DNA of 64,000 bases from Phoronis australis (taxonomy: Eukaryota > Animalia > Phoronida), in the NCBI GenBank assembly GCA_002633005.1, contig NMRA01000300.1, forward strand, positions 72,336 to 136,335. The letters are read 5' to 3'. This document shows positions 36,687-51,538 of this stretch, piece by piece. The translations under genes and the position numbers were made by a program. How positions within the stretch are numbered: the first letter of the stretch is position 1; each line of letters opens with the position of its first letter. A model generated the notes under the pieces. It did no database searches. It was not told the origin of the DNA and saw only the letters and a list, made by a program, of their open reading frames with translations.

Positions 36687-39600
36687 AATAACCTTTGCGT
36701 TACCAAAGGGGTGTGAGTTTTTATTAGTGAACACAAAATATTCTAGTTGGCGCTGCTGCACCCCGCAGTCTTCGGAGAAACTGTCGCTTTAATGTAGCTT
36801 ACTTTAGTGAGGCATTTAATTTTGTTTACCCTGGACGTATGGCCCTAGACTTATGGTCAGTGGACCCTGAGTTCTATGAAAACTTTATCTGGAAATTTTA
36901 TTTTGACGTTTTCCAACTCATTTCGATCACGTGTATTTTCCAAATGCAAAAAGTTTCCGAGTTAAAATTGTAAATTTTTGTGTAATTTGCCAATGAATTT
37001 GATGAACAATAACGAGTTCGCGTAGAATGCATCGTTATTGATACGGAATTTTGTCAGGCATCTTAGCAGACACATTGATAGATTGTCAAGTCACATTAAA
37101 CAAGTTAAACGAGCAAAATAGATCAAAATAGCAGTGTAAATATCCAAACTTTTTAATCGCATGTCCACCTAGTGGTGGATTTGTAAAACTACTACCGTTT
37201 TGATGTACGTTAACTTTAAACAACAGGGGAACCGTAGAATCATGCGCACGAGCATCGCATCTTACGCGCGAACCATTTACGAACATGTAAATTATGCATA
37301 CGAAACCAAAAATCATGGATACGAAGAAAAATCATGCGCACGAACCACAAAAATCACAGACGAACAGAAATCGTGCACACGAGCATATTCGAATCACACG
37401 GAAGAACACTTTATCATTTGGCCATCAGTAGAAGCACTGAGAGAACAATAAGCAAAAAACATCGGACTGACAATTTATTCTGCTCAAAGTTTGTCAACTG
37501 TTTGATTTTCAAATAATATTTTTTTTTCCAAAAATGATAGAAAAAGAATAACTCAATCCAAAAGTAAAGTTTCATGACGAGGGTTTCACAACCGGAACAA
37601 GACAAAAATATGGGGGAGCAAAGTTCTACACGCTACTAACACATCGCTTATATGTTTGTCCATTTTCGGGCAATAGTCGGATATAAAGTGCCCGTATTTT
37701 GAGACCCAGTTTGATGCCCGTTATTAAGTGTAGAAAAGTGGTTTTCAAAATGCCGGCACCTTATATCCAGTCCAACCATTACTCATTTTCAGTTGCATGT
37801 GTAAACACATTCTCTATACAAACAATGTGTACTACTCCGTATATGATCAAAACGTGTTGCAAAATTGCCAACACATTTGCGATTTCGCCCCGTGTTGACT
37901 GGTTGGGTTCACAACTTATCAGCTGATGGCCGGGTCGCGATCGAACACTAAGTATGTAAAGGCCAATACAATTCATTTCAAACAACGGAGGATTAATATC
38001 GACGCCGATTTCAATAAAAATTTGAGCTAGTTCAGTATTTAAAACTAACTTTCTTTTTGTAACAGTTTCATACAGATTCATACGCCGGACGTTTTTTGGT
38101 GGATTATGCGTCACACTGGTTAAAACAACAAAGTCCCGTTGTTATAAGTACCTTGTGTGATAGAGGAACACATTAGGAGGCTGTCAATGGTTGTAATTCC
38201 TCCAAACTCGAACAAATACTCCGGTAATCAAACTTTTTCTTCGAGCAGTCCTTCGTTCAGCTGCCCATGAAAGCGGTACCTGGCGCAAAATAGGAGCAAC
38301 ACAGGCCAGAAAGTTGTGTTATCCATGTTCGTTGAAACGTAGCTAATCTTGAACATTGATCAACATTTACTAAATTATTTGGACCCTAAAAATTTCGACA
38401 GGCGTTTTTAATGTACAGTTGTAATAATCACTTACCGTATTTACCTGTTTCTGCAGTGAATTATGGGAGTCATGATTCTCAAAATTTTGGACCCTGTGAA
38501 AGACTAGTGTCTATATAATGACGTGTTTTTTCGTCTGAAATTACCACAGGTGGCGATAATCTAACCAGATATGAGGAACACAATACACCCTTAGTCCCGT
38601 CTTAAGAAATGACATCAATGGACAACGTATTTGTCAGTGTGATCGGTTTGCCTTGTCGTCCAATAGAGGTCCCATAGAATTGTGGTATTTCGGCTACAGT
38701 GTTGCCCGTCAGTGACTTCTTGACAGTGAGAAAGCACGTACTATGGTACCTCTTCTTCGTCACAAGCGGATTTAGGGGAGGTCAATACCACTGTCCGGGC
38801 CTGACCAAACGTTGCCGGCGCTCCGTTTTAGGACTACTACGGAAGACATGTCCTTCCAAACTGTGGTCGGGTTTACTTTTCGACATCCTAGATCGACCAC
38901 AGCGTCTGTTTGACACTAATCAACTAATCGTGAGCAAAAACTTGTCAAACGGGTAATTTTCAATGGACATGTTGAAGTCAGTCATGATTCTGACTGTTGG
39001 CTACAAAATAATAGGTTCTTTTTATGAACGAGTTCAAAATGTTATCAAGCCCGTTGTTACACTGTTAACTGTAACACAATGTGGCTTTGTGTAAACATAT
39101 ACAATTTTCAATTGTTCTTTTCCTTTGAATATCAGTGGCATTTTGTTTCTTAACATTCCTGAATTCGGAATATCAGTGTTCCAGTAACTGCGTGCATTGG
39201 CAAAATGATACCCAACCCAAATAGGACGGCTAATAGGTGTGAACTCAGAAAATTGTTCGCTCTTCAGACAGTATTCTTCGATGGTGGCAGATCGTAACGT
39301 AGCCTCCGGGTCAACGCTCTTAAAATCTTATCTGAGAAAACTAGCAAACGAATTTGTTAAATGACGCTGTTTCGCAAGACGTGAACTGTTTAATGTCAAC
39401 ATCAGAAACAAAACGCCGGAGAAAGGCAAAATCGATCACAGAAGAAGAGATCAATATTTTTAACTCCAGCAACATTTGTATATAAAACTTCAAACGCTGA
39501 CCGGGATTGGTAACTACTAATAAACCATCTTGCCCCCCGGCGTAATTCGGCAACACCTTATGCGTAGGTCATGCATAAGTTTAAATATAAAGATCACCTT

Positions 39601-42600
39601 TTATTTACCTTTGACCTATATTTATTATTGAAAAATTATTTAATAAATACATATTTGAATCAAAATAACGGCGTTTATTTACAATTCTGTTAGCGAGAAC
39701 AATGCAGCCCAAGTCGGTGTTTTCAGTTGCCCAAGCAAACTATTCATCACACTCAACAGGGGGCATGCAAATAACGCCCGGGGGTTGAGCTTTCATTCAC
39801 AAAATGTGGATAAAATGAAAATACGACCGTGACGGTGTAGAGGGAAACAAAACCGTAACTGGAGATCAAAGTCGGTAATGCACAGAAAAGGTGATATAAT
39901 AAATCGCATTCATAGTTTATTTGTAATATTTGTGTCATAAAGCTGCGACAGGTTTTCTATTGTTTCTCAAGGAAACTACGTGTGAAAAGTCGCGGCTTCT
40001 GAATACGCTACAAAGGTGTTATTTCTCGGGCCATAAGTTAAAGGAATTCTTCGATCACTGGCAATTTGCGCGCCAAATTCTCGCAGACTGCTAAAGATTT
40101 GATGATTTTACGCGCCCCCGCAAATAGAGTTGCATATTATCCATCGCTGTTCGTTGTCTAAGAATTTAAATTCATTCAACACGACATAAATCACTTTAGT
40201 TGTTATTATAATTATTACCTAAATGCATTCAAATTCATGCTTTCATGTTCATATCGCCTGCTTCCAATGAAGTTCTCATCATTTCGTGTTTCAGCGCACA
40301 CCCCAAGAGCGATACATCAATCTACGCACCTAATTATTTGTTTACAGACTTCCATGCTTTATTTATTTACGTGAACGTCGTTTGACAACAAGAAAAATAA
40401 TTCTTACGGCATAGTCGGTTTGTCTTATATATAGGTGTATCAATACCAATAGTTTTTGATTTGTGCGGCTCAGGGTTTGTTTCTGTGCTGCTACTTTTTG
40501 CCTATTCAATACTTGGAATGTTTCCTGCTCTGATCTTTCTGGTTATGACGGCACATGACGGTATGCCGTTAATTTTCGTTTTGACTGAGCGATGTTATGA
40601 CCACGATCATCTAATGTTAACAAGACACAAGAAGTCGTGCTCAATGTTTGAAATGTGAAAAAACGTAACCCAATACAGTTTTGTATCAGTGCAAACAAGT
40701 TGTAGAAAACTTGTCAGACTTGTTGGAGAACATGACCAACTTACCGGTGTGCGTGACGACGCCATATTTCATTTAAGGCGTAGGATGCTAATATGTGGTA
40801 AAAATCGTAATATTGTAGGCGTAAAATAAATAATAATACATACAAACGTATTAGAATTACAGCCACCAATTGTACAGACAATAGCAAGGCTTTGTACTTT
40901 GCAAATATGAAACGGGTTGTTTAATGTATATGCGGCAAAACTCGACTCCCCATTTTGTTTCCCGTCAGAGTGCATGGTGGTGATAACCTCATCGGCTTAT
41001 TGCTTTGATGTGATTTAAATGTTTTTAATAAACTGAACCAATTTCATTAAAACTGAAAAGAGGCATTGGTCTGACCCCTGGCTGAGAGTGCACCAATATC
41101 TGTTTGGACCACCTAGCTCGCTGACCAGCGGTCAACAACGTCACCTATTATCACTAGTCGCAGTGCGTCAGGAACTACATCGGCAATAAAGCCCGATTAG
41201 ATTTTATCCAATGAAAATTACAAGCCTATAAACAAGTTGATAAACACAAACCTATTGAGGGGTGTATTTATGTTAGCGTTTAATTCACGAATTACAAGTT
41301 CGATTGGGTGATCCATTTTGACACATTTCCTTTGTTTGAGTCCCGTTGCGCCATCTCCATTCAGCCTTTACCAATAACCAATTGAAGTCGCCATTTTGTC
41401 GAGGTGTGATGCCATTTTCTACCTGTGTTGATATTGCCCGCCGGTCATAGGATCGTAAAATCCAGTCAGTTTAAGTACAATTTTACGTGATAAATTCTAC
41501 GTATCGTCCATCTATTCTAAAGGAGGCTTTTATTCTCCGAATTGTTTAATATCACTAAATTACCATCTTTCTTGGGGCATAAAATAAGTTGTTTTCGTCT
41601 TACAAGCACCGAATGAAAGATTGGCACCTGTAATAGCATGCGTGTTTGTCGCAAACAGGTTCACGCGCGCACGTGGCAATCATATCGCGAACACAGTTGG
41701 ACCTGCTCGTTGCGTTGACGCTGTGCAACCATACGTTTCCATTATGTAACTGGTGCAGGTGGAATTTAAACACAGCAAAACGGGAACTCAACTGTGACAC
41801 AATCATTCAGGTTCAGAGCTGTTCTCGTTACAGTTGATCTAAATATTACGTGTGCCAATAACCTCAAGAAGCGCATGCACGAAATGCAGTTCAAATATAC
41901 CTATATATGAGACTGGTTTGATTAGGAAGCGCATGCGCCCTTCACTCATAAGTCATCTTCAGCGTAAAGCGCGTGCATAAATGTAAGTTTTAGAAATATA
42001 AAACTAGTCGATGTCATCAATCAAATACTCTGTATATACATTCAAATATTTCACGCCCTAATTCATCAACAATAATTGAGTTCAAGGTAACGTACAAATG
42101 GCCGGAGATAGTTCATAATTCCTAACTTGCTTTATTTGTTCTTAGTCGGTTACACTCTATGCTCCTGCCGGTTAAGCCGACCTAAGTACCTTGACTGTCG
42201 CCTCTACGGCACAATTAAATTAGCGTTATAATAGACCCTCCTAAATATTTATGTTTGTTTTTATCACTTAACAAGTACATTGTGATTGGGAATACTACAT
42301 GACATTCCTGAACATTGTCAATTTGTTTAATCGTTTCAATTTTAAGGGGATTGGGTCCAGTTTGCCTACCTGTAACATTTCCGACAAAGTCCATCGCTTT
42401 CGAAATCGTTCAACCGTGGCCTATTCAATTAAGTGGTCGTCGGAACCCACAAAGCTTCAAAGGTTCACCCCGGATTACCGAATCGGGCGACTGGATACTA
42501 ACGAATCACCGGGCTTCGGTCGCTCGGGGTGCTAGAAATGCTGTCGTTTGATTGACAGGGAAAACTGAACGTATATGCTGAGTACAGGTAGATGATATCA

Positions 42601-42964
42601 TAACACGGTGTTAGTGCAGCGTAAGAACAAGCTCTGCAGTCGCGCTCTCTGGTGTCTCTAAAGTATTAGTGTGATAATATTTGGCAAGCGCTAAACGACA
42701 AAAGAAATAGATAACCAACGGGAAAGATGAGAAGACTGTAACGAAAAAGAAAAAGGGAAATCTCCAAGCGAGTCTTGCTGAGTGACGATAAGATAAAGTG
42801 TATGAAGTCGGAACTACGCTCTTATGAAAGACGAGACTACAAACTCGACCTGTTGTTGCTTTATAAAACATTCATAAACGAGAAAAGTCTTTGAAGACAA
42901 ACAAGACAGCTTTGGTCCGGGGAAGGCGTTCTATTTATTTATTTATTTTTCCCAGACATTAACA

Positions 42965-43065
42965 ATGAAGTTGCAGGCTACCTTGTTATGTATTTATTCT
43001 ATCCTGGTGCTAATTATCGCGTGCGATGGGGCAAAGAAAACAAGGAAGACAAGAGCAAAGTGGTG
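42965..43065 (+). CDS. Wnt1: Wnt1 coding exon 1 (signal peptide)
   Basis: ACAATGA start; MKLQATLLCIYSILVLIIACDGAKKTRKTRAKW(W): hydrophobic signal, basic stretch, WW; TG|GTAAGT donor, phase 2. Confidence 0.9.
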
Positions 43066-46000
43066 GTAAGTATCTGACGTCTGTTTTTCAACAATTAAGA
43101 AAAATGAAGGTAAGCCTATAATTAACGCGACAAAACATGTACCCACCGTGTAAGTGACATGTACACACCGTGTAAGTGGTAATCTTGCTTATTTGTGCTA
43201 GTGTATCGCTAATATATTTTGATTGTTTGTTTTATTAATTGGCCTTGCAGTTATCCATCCTCAAACGAAACATCAAAATATGTCAAACAGCAGCTCGGTA
43301 TCGCTCGGTCTATGTTATGGGAGTCCTGAGTGTGGTACTGACTTTGAAACCACTAAACATGTGGTAGAGTCTTGTTCAGCTTTTTATGGGCTAAGGAGTA
43401 GGCTACTGGGTGGCACGATTACATTCCTACAAAGTATAGTGCAAATAGAAAGTCTGTCCGTTTTCTTAAGGGGACAGGCAGGAAAAAACGTCTTTCAATA
43501 AGAACCTGTTGATCGATAACAGGGCTCTCATGAGTTCAGGTGTTCCGTGCAATAGGTCCAACCATGAGGCTGTGCACGTCTGATGCACCACAAAAGACAT
43601 CAGATCACCCGCACTCTTTTTTAACGACATCTCGGTATCACTAGTTATATTTTAATTCAACCCATTCGTAGTATCCTGCTTTACGTTGGTGGTATTTTTT
43701 GGCAAAGATTAAAATGTAGACGTGATAAATATAAAGTGAGTATTTCTAACCTGGCCATATTGTTAACAGTCCATTCGACAGACTCAGTGTCTACTATCAG
43801 ATCATCAAACGAGGAGTAGTTTTTGGAGCATTGTTATCCGTCCGATAGGGGCGTTACAGTTCGCTGACTCCACACTGAAACATTAGACCGTCTATATCCA
43901 ATGGTTTGTTCTAAAACACATAAAGATGTCATTTTATTGTAATCATTTTGTGAGACATTAACTAAATTACACATTTGCTCCAGTTAGTTTTTGGTCTTCC
44001 ACAGTCAACAATGCTGTTTCCCCCAGACGCCATTGTCGAGACTTAGAGACGGAAATATGACAACACACAATTTTGGACTAATTAGTAAGAATTCTAACCT
44101 GCTTAATATAGTTAAATCTTGTTCGTCCTGTACGGCAGTCGTGGGTCCATGTTTGATACTAAACTACGTGCGACGTGAAGGTGTCAACATAAACAACCTG
44201 GCAATCCGGGAAAATGGCAACTGAATGAGCAGACGTAACTGTAGGTTTTCACAAAAACAAAACCCTTGTGATTGTCTCGTTTTCAACAAATCGTAAGTGT
44301 AACTTGCTGCACACAGCTTTTCTCTATCCACGCTACTCTAACCCGCCGTTAGCGGCGTTATCATCTTACAAATAACAGCTGTATTCAATATTTTTATTTT
44401 ATTCTCATGTAATGTTGCGAATGGCATACTGTTGTATGCAATACATGAATTTTAAAAGCGCTGTAAACAATGCAGTTTCCTGGCAAAAATCAAAAGCGCA
44501 CATTTGTAGACTTGTATAACTTTTCTTTTTACATCGATGTTTTCTATTCAATAAAAATGTCGATCTATGAGAATATGATTGAATGCTGTCAGTGTTCTCC
44601 ACATTATAAATTCCAAACTCGACGCAAATGTTGAATGTCAGTTGTTGACATTGTTTTGTGTCTACCCATAAGCATGGTCATGCTGGAGGTATTTATATAT
44701 GGTTTAAAACTGCACACTGCACTGGTGTGACCTACTTCTTAGACACTTCAAAGTTTAGCTTTCCTACCAATGCATCTTATAATTTCTCCAAAGCATTTGA
44801 CAGACCAAGAGCAGAAAACAAAAGATCAAANNNNNNNNNNNNNGCTGTATGTAGGTGTTTAAGTGTCGCAGAAATTAAACACCGCTTGTGTAATAATACG
44901 TTTGTAGATCGTGATAAATCAAAATGTACCGGTCACGCGCAAAGTTTACTAAGTCAACATACGCCTAGAAAGTCATTGGTTGCGACAGATCTAACCATCA
45001 CCTGTGAATGTTGACTAAATGTCGGTCATACGGTGTTGCCGTAGAAACACACTTTACATACAGAGCGGGTGAATAGTTTTGGAAGCAATTTGGCCAAGTT
45101 ATTGAGAAATGGTCATTCCAAATTCTTGTCAACTAAGTTATACATCGACAAACAACAATTGTCGTGTTTGCACGTGTCAATTTCGTTTGGCATTCCAATT
45201 CTGCGAAAAGTTCATCATTTGGTCGACAATTGTCTTTACATTCCAACAAGATGACAACAAAACATAAGGGGTGATCCGAATCGAATGGTTAATTTTGTCT
45301 TATTACTTGTCAGCTACGTCATAACCGACTCAATATTACATCAGTTCTATATTCGTTGAGTCCTCACTTACTTATAGCTGGGCGTGTGGCGTGCCCTTCG
45401 TGTGTCGTGCCCCTTCGGGTGCAGTGCCCCTTCGTGTGCCGTTTCTCTTCGCTTCTAATGCATGCCCTTTTTGCTGTTCAAATGTAACCCGCAGCGTGGA
45501 GTTGGACGAAACAGTCCTAAACAGGTACTCAGATAAACTATCAAAATCTTTTGTGGATTCCATGCGTTTTATCTTTATTATGAAATCTTATTTGACTCAG
45601 TGTCATTTTATAATTAATTTATCAAAAACTGAGCCTTAAATTAGGGGCGATGCATGAAAATGTCCCTATTTAGTTTTAATAATAGTGAGAATTCAACATT
45701 GTGTTTATTCTCAGTTTGTCAAAGCCAAAATGTGTCTTGGTAATGAAAATAAAACAGCATAACAAAGGGCAACCAGTGCTTTTACAAGTCTACCAATACA
45801 TTGAAAAGTTAAAGAACATGGCTGAGTCCCTATTTAGGATTGTTTCATGCAATCGGGCAATCAGAACGGACTTGAAAGCTTGAATTTGATGCATTACAGA
45901 AGTCGATAGTTGAACAATTTAGTTTGAATTTTGTGAGAGCAGACGTTTGAGTTAATCTCGACACTTGTATTTAGTGAGTCCACTGAAAATAAGTTATCAT

Positions 46001-48788
46001 CTCTCTTCTCTAACGTGCGTATGTATGAGATGTTAAACAGCCAAATAGTTCAGTTTGATGGTGTTGTCACGTGCATATCTGATCATGCCATATTCCCCGT
46101 CGCATCCTAAATAGGCTTTCTTGGAGAAACCGTGAGGGCGAAAGTGTTTTAATCCGATGGCTTCAACTGGAAGTTAGCAGGTTCAGTTAAACAGACAATT
46201 ACGGGATTATCGTTGGAGCGACCACTACTCCTTTCATGACAGTGTGCGTTGGCATTTTTCCTTTTGTTTACTATTGACTTTTACTGCTTCCGTCCTCGTT
46301 TAATCTTAGCGCTTTTAGTAAACACTGCACATCAACATGTCAGTAATGAGAGTATGCCTGGCAAGGACTGGCACTCTGGAAGCAATCAAATGGCAAGGCA
46401 GGCCAAAAATAATGCAAGGTATTATAACATTGAGCTATTATAACATTTGTAGCGTGCAATCAGAGACGTGCGCTGTTTTATGTTTATTGACAGCAAAACC
46501 GAATCTCATAACTGCAAATAGTCCCGCCGACATTTGACTGATTTTACACCCAATTCGTGAGTGAAATTTTCGTCAATGTTTATCTAAAATTCGTAGGCCT
46601 ATGGAAAAAGTAATAAATCGCTAAAATCTATCAACATTCCAAAACGGTCCGAATACAATGAAGACGCTATTTTATCACTGTTATTGATGTTGCTAATCTT
46701 TAGTTCTACTAGAAAAACTTACTAGCTCTGCGCAAAGCGTATGATCACGTCTGACGTTTTTTTAGTACACGAACCAGTCACCCTCTCGCGTAAAGACGTG
46801 CACGTGCCGCGCCATGTTGAATTTATGGTAATCAGGCAACCTGTACTCTCGAACCAGTGTCAACTGCACTGAAATGTCACATTCTCGATCATAACCTTGA
46901 CAGCAAGCTTTTTGTCTTAATTCAAAAACTTGAATACGCTCCGAAAGCCTGCAGCTCAAATGAGTTACAGCGTGAAGCACTAGACGTAAATGTTGTTGGT
47001 AAACTCAAACAAGCGACTGAAAATATATTTTGATTGTAAACTTGACTGCTCGACTAATGTTTAGAAAAGACCAAAGTTATTCAATGCGATCAGGTTAGTA
47101 CGTACGTGGCGTAGAGGCCGCGGGCCAGGACATAATCCGTTTGTCAGACGGTTGTTTTGTATAAATTTACCAGCACAACACGAACTATCAGGTTCTTGTA
47201 ATGCCTTTGAATCTCTAAAATCTAACAGATTTGTGAAAAGCGGCAAAATGTCAAAAACTGAAAGACGATAATTGTAAATGGATCCTTTTAATTATTTTTG
47301 GAAGTAGCACATTAACTCGCATAGGTAAGCGAATTTTAACGTGTATTGACGGACGGCGTTGACCCGTCATTCAACTGTGCGGTCATATCTAAACGATGAC
47401 TAACGTGTGACTGCGCGGGCAACGTTGTCGGGCACCACGAGAAAAGCATGGTCACAAGCGCTACAGCACGTTGCCACAGTTTAGTCAGCGTAAAATTCAT
47501 TCAACACATTCATGTCGATAGTTTGTTATTCATTCTGTTCACGAAGTGGCCTTAAGTGAATGTGCGTCACTTGACGGTGTGCCTGTGTGGGCGACGACGT
47601 ACTGTGTGAATTTAGGTAAATCGGAAGATGTGTGTTTCTTTGCTACGCTCTATTCCATTCTAGTTATCCAGCCACTAAATCCGCGACTATTTAGCTAGGG
47701 GTCAATGGTTTTCGCTTGAACCAACACTAAATAAACACAATAGATTGATGTTTTCAAACATTTCTTTTGAGCACCGCTTGTTTATCTATTACTTAAAGCC
47801 GCTTACAAAGAAGTGTTCTATCCTAGCGTAGACCTTTGAAGCCGATAAAAAAATGCTGCAAATTAATATATCAAAATCAAGCGGAATGGCCACAATACAA
47901 GAGAGACCAGAGGCGGCTTTGGAAGCTGATACTGTCCCCAGCCACTCACTTTGATCAGGCATTGTTAATCTATTAGGCGGATACAACTCTAGAACTAGCG
48001 CTTCACTCATCGCAACGTTTGCTGCACCAGCAAGCATTCGATGGTGGGCAAAAGTTCTTACAGAATTCCGATGAAGTTGAAGCGACGTGCAGTAATGTCT
48101 TGGTAAACCGACACGATCTATGAATTAATATTTCCGATACTTGTGGTATGACGGATATGACAACACGCTGTGTGAGATTTCCTTCAATAATAGTAATGTA
48201 AATGGCAAAAGCCATAATGCTGCAGTTAAAACAAATCCTACATTGAACAGTTAATATATCGCTGCACTTATTTAAACTATTCAGTCTCGAAGCGTTGTGT
48301 TTTGGTGCGTCGCTCGCTTTTGAACAAGTTTGATCAAAGGGGACTTTCTTTCGCCCACGCCCGAGACTTTATGAAAATAAGTTTCCATCAACTGATTTAA
48401 ACTCACAAACCATGCAAGCTTAGTCACTGTGTAGAACTGCCCTTTAGTGTAGTGCTCAAGCGATAAAAGAAGATAGTGAAGAGTTTCATACAGTACGTCA
48501 GGTTACACATACGACATTGTCCCGCAAGGCCCGCGACGCTGATGAGCGAGTCTATGTAAAGATTTAGTCAAAACTTATCCTTTTTCTATGTGACATTCTT
48601 TTTCCAAACGGTTTTTATTTAAACTTTTGAGTGATTTTCCTAAGTTAAGTTATACTGATTTGCTGTCAAAAGTTTTTAACAAGAACAGGCTTATTTAGCC
48701 GTTGAACATAATTCTTTAAAGCACCATTAAAACTGCACGTTTGCATGCACTGTTAACTTACACAACTCTGTTCTTCTTTTACGTTTAG

Positions 48789-49063
48789 GTCGCTGGCGTA
48801 CACATTTGAAATGCCTAAGACCAGTTTGGAGACAAACCTCTTGACGCCACAAAAAACGCATTACGTCGCCTCCAGTTTACGCCCGCTGACAAAGAGACAG
48901 CAAAAAGTGGTCACGGCACATCCGGGCACTATTTTGGCTGTGGCGAAAGGTGCTAAGATGTCTATTGATGAGTGTAAATATCAGTTTAAAAAGAGAAAGT
49001 GGAATTGTCCGACGAGTCGTAACGATCACGGCGGCTCCATCTTTGGAAGAATTTTAAAAAACG
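48789..49063 (+). CDS. Wnt1: Wnt1 exon 2
   Basis: TTTAG acceptor; ...LRPLTKRQQKVVTAHPGTILAVAKGAKMSIDECKYQFKKRKWNCPT...SIFGRILKN. No N-terminal Cys pair and WNCPT, both Wnt1-like. G|GTAAGT donor. Confidence 0.95.
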
Positions 49064-51484
49064 GTAAGTTTTCGTTTATCCTGTAAAAATCATAAACGCA
49101 TCATAACTATGCGTTTACTTTGGCATTTTACATTACAACATGTACTTCCTGAGCAGTGAAATGGACTTAGTCCATTAGTTGGACATAGTCCATTAGTTGG
49201 ACATAGTCCATGAGTTTCATGCGGCCGTCTCTTCAATAATCAGCATTTTTCTGATTTAATTGCATATCTACAGAAAATGATGAGAATCAGTCCTAGAAAC
49301 AAACATAATCATAGGCCCCAGACTTTGGACATTTCATTCACAATAATGAGTTTGAACAATCAATTATTGGGAAATGTAAGTTATAAAACAAAACGGTCAT
49401 ACACGAGGTATGGAAATGGAGGTCGACGTCAGTGAATCGTTAGTGTATGATCCTGACTCAAACGGGCATGCACGAAGTGTGGAAATGGAGGTCGACGTCA
49501 GTGAATCCTGAGTGTATGACTTCCACTCAAATTAGTTTTTCGCTTACCTTTAGAATTCCTTCATTTAAACACATTTGAACATGTTTGAGCAAATTTGAAC
49601 AAGTTTTCAGCCCAACTCAGCTTCACTTTAGAATCTCGCCTATCTATACTGCAATTCGTCAAAGTCAATTGGTACGCCTCGCCCTCGCTAGCAGTGACGC
49701 AACTCGTCCAGAAAAACGGTCAAGCAATTCCAACCCGTTGTTAAAAGATTCTAATTTTGTAGTCATAAATCGGGTTCACTCGATAAAGTTTCAATACCAT
49801 TAAATTATTTCTACATTATCGTAATTGATTAGCGTGGCGCTCCTTAAATACGCACGGGCTTTGTTAATTATAATTCATTTTGAGGCCGTGCCCTTGTCAT
49901 ATAGCTGAAAACTTTATTGCAAATTAATTTATCATTGAAATTAATTTTTATCAATATCATTAAAAATAGTGACATGGATTGGACAATACAATAATCATTC
50001 ATTGATCTTCAGTCCAGTTCCAGTTACAAACTTCATGATGTGAATTTTACGCCACCAAGCAAGTTCTCTTTGTTGTGCTGTGTCGGTACATATTGTGCTG
50101 TGACAGTACATGTTGTGCTGTGCCTGTACATGTTGCTTGAACACTTTTGACCGACTGAAAAATAGAAATTGATTCCAAAAGACGCAAACGCATAAATTAG
50201 CCGAGGCAGTATGATACGTTCGTGTATTATAGTGACATGTTTGTATTTAAGCCGTGACGTGTTCCGTTTGACTAAACTCTGTGTTCAGAATGGGTTTACA
50301 CAGAGGAAATATCATGAACGTGTACGCAAATTATGTGGTTTTACTTAAAACGTTTATATGTACATGGAAGTAAAAGGTGACTAATCACAGGTATACATTC
50401 TAAACACATATTTTAGGTAAAAAGTTTAAAGATTTTGATTGACAGTTAAGACTAGTACATGTCGAATATCAAGACTGTTTAATAATTCCGTTTATAACGT
50501 AACATCCAAGTGTTCACTGAGGGTACTTCTGATTAAATTTCAATTTTAGGGCGGAGTGCCCAAGACATGTATAGTGAACGCGAACACTTTTCACGCGAAG
50601 GAATTCCTTGTATTCTTACAGAGGTGTTCGTGCGACTTTAATTAAATCCGCGGCAAAATAAACAAAGTGGTAGCGGTTAACAAAGGTTTTGTTTACTAGC
50701 CATAATAAGTTGGCACACTTTGTCGGTCAAACTCTAAAATCCGCATACCGTCGACAAATAACAATAGTTCGTATTTAAACGCAATTTCGACCGCATTACA
50801 TCAGGCCGTATGACCATCATTTTGTTGTCGCCTGTTGCCAAATACAAGGTCTTCCTGGGTGTTGTGCTGGTCACGCGTTCTTCAATTTAAAATTGGTATT
50901 CCCAAACAAAACAATGGCGTGCCTGAGATAAAAGGAACATTCCTTAATACTGTCAGTGTCCCTACAGTGATCAATGGGTTTTAACATGGAAAGGTGGACT
51001 GTTGTTACATCCTTGAGCCATATGAGTTGTTTGCAAGTCAGTTAATATTTGAGTTACAGGTATTGTGTAGGCAGTTTGTTGAGTTACTAGACTGTATGAC
51101 GTCACAGATCGTATTTACTGACCTATACTGACCATCATACTTCTTGTCGATTTTCGATTAATTGAAAAAAGCCAAAAACGTTTATATACAATTGTGCAAT
51201 TTAACAATATATCTAGGAAACTGAAAGGCATCAGTGGCAGTATGGTTGAAGGTTGAAGCCACCTGAGTAAAATCCTTGTTAAGTTTACACACTCGGGAAT
51301 CACTGTTTTCAATAAACGTGTGATCAACTGACGCATTGACAATAGTAATGTCTCGACTAACGTTTAGCCTACACAACTTCAATTAAGGTTTGGAGCCTCT
51401 GAGCAATAGTAAAATTTTATTGACGATTGTGACGGGCGCCTCTCATACCGGGTGACGAACGTTTCCTCGGAATGGATTTCGCCA

Positions 51485-51538
51485 AAGCAATCTTTCAGTT
51501 TTATGGCGTTTTAACGACATAAAACTGAAAGATTGCTT
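51485..51538. repeat. Near-perfect 54-nt hairpin
   Basis: AAGCAATCTTTCAGTTTTATG (51485-51505) is the exact reverse complement of 51518-51538. Confidence 0.92.

Noticed and set aside
36700-42900. Hidden gene (e.g. Wnt9) between the GPCR and Wnt1
   Set aside because: The ORF track and the stretches I translated by hand gave no Wnt or other motifs and no consistent exon chain; small exons could be missed.
41895-42960. Wnt1 core promoter or 5'UTR intron (TATATA ~41902, GCGCATGCGC ~41929, TTAGT 42611, acceptor-like TTTTTCCCAG ending 42955)
   Set aside because: Several mutually exclusive candidates; cannot be resolved without transcript data.
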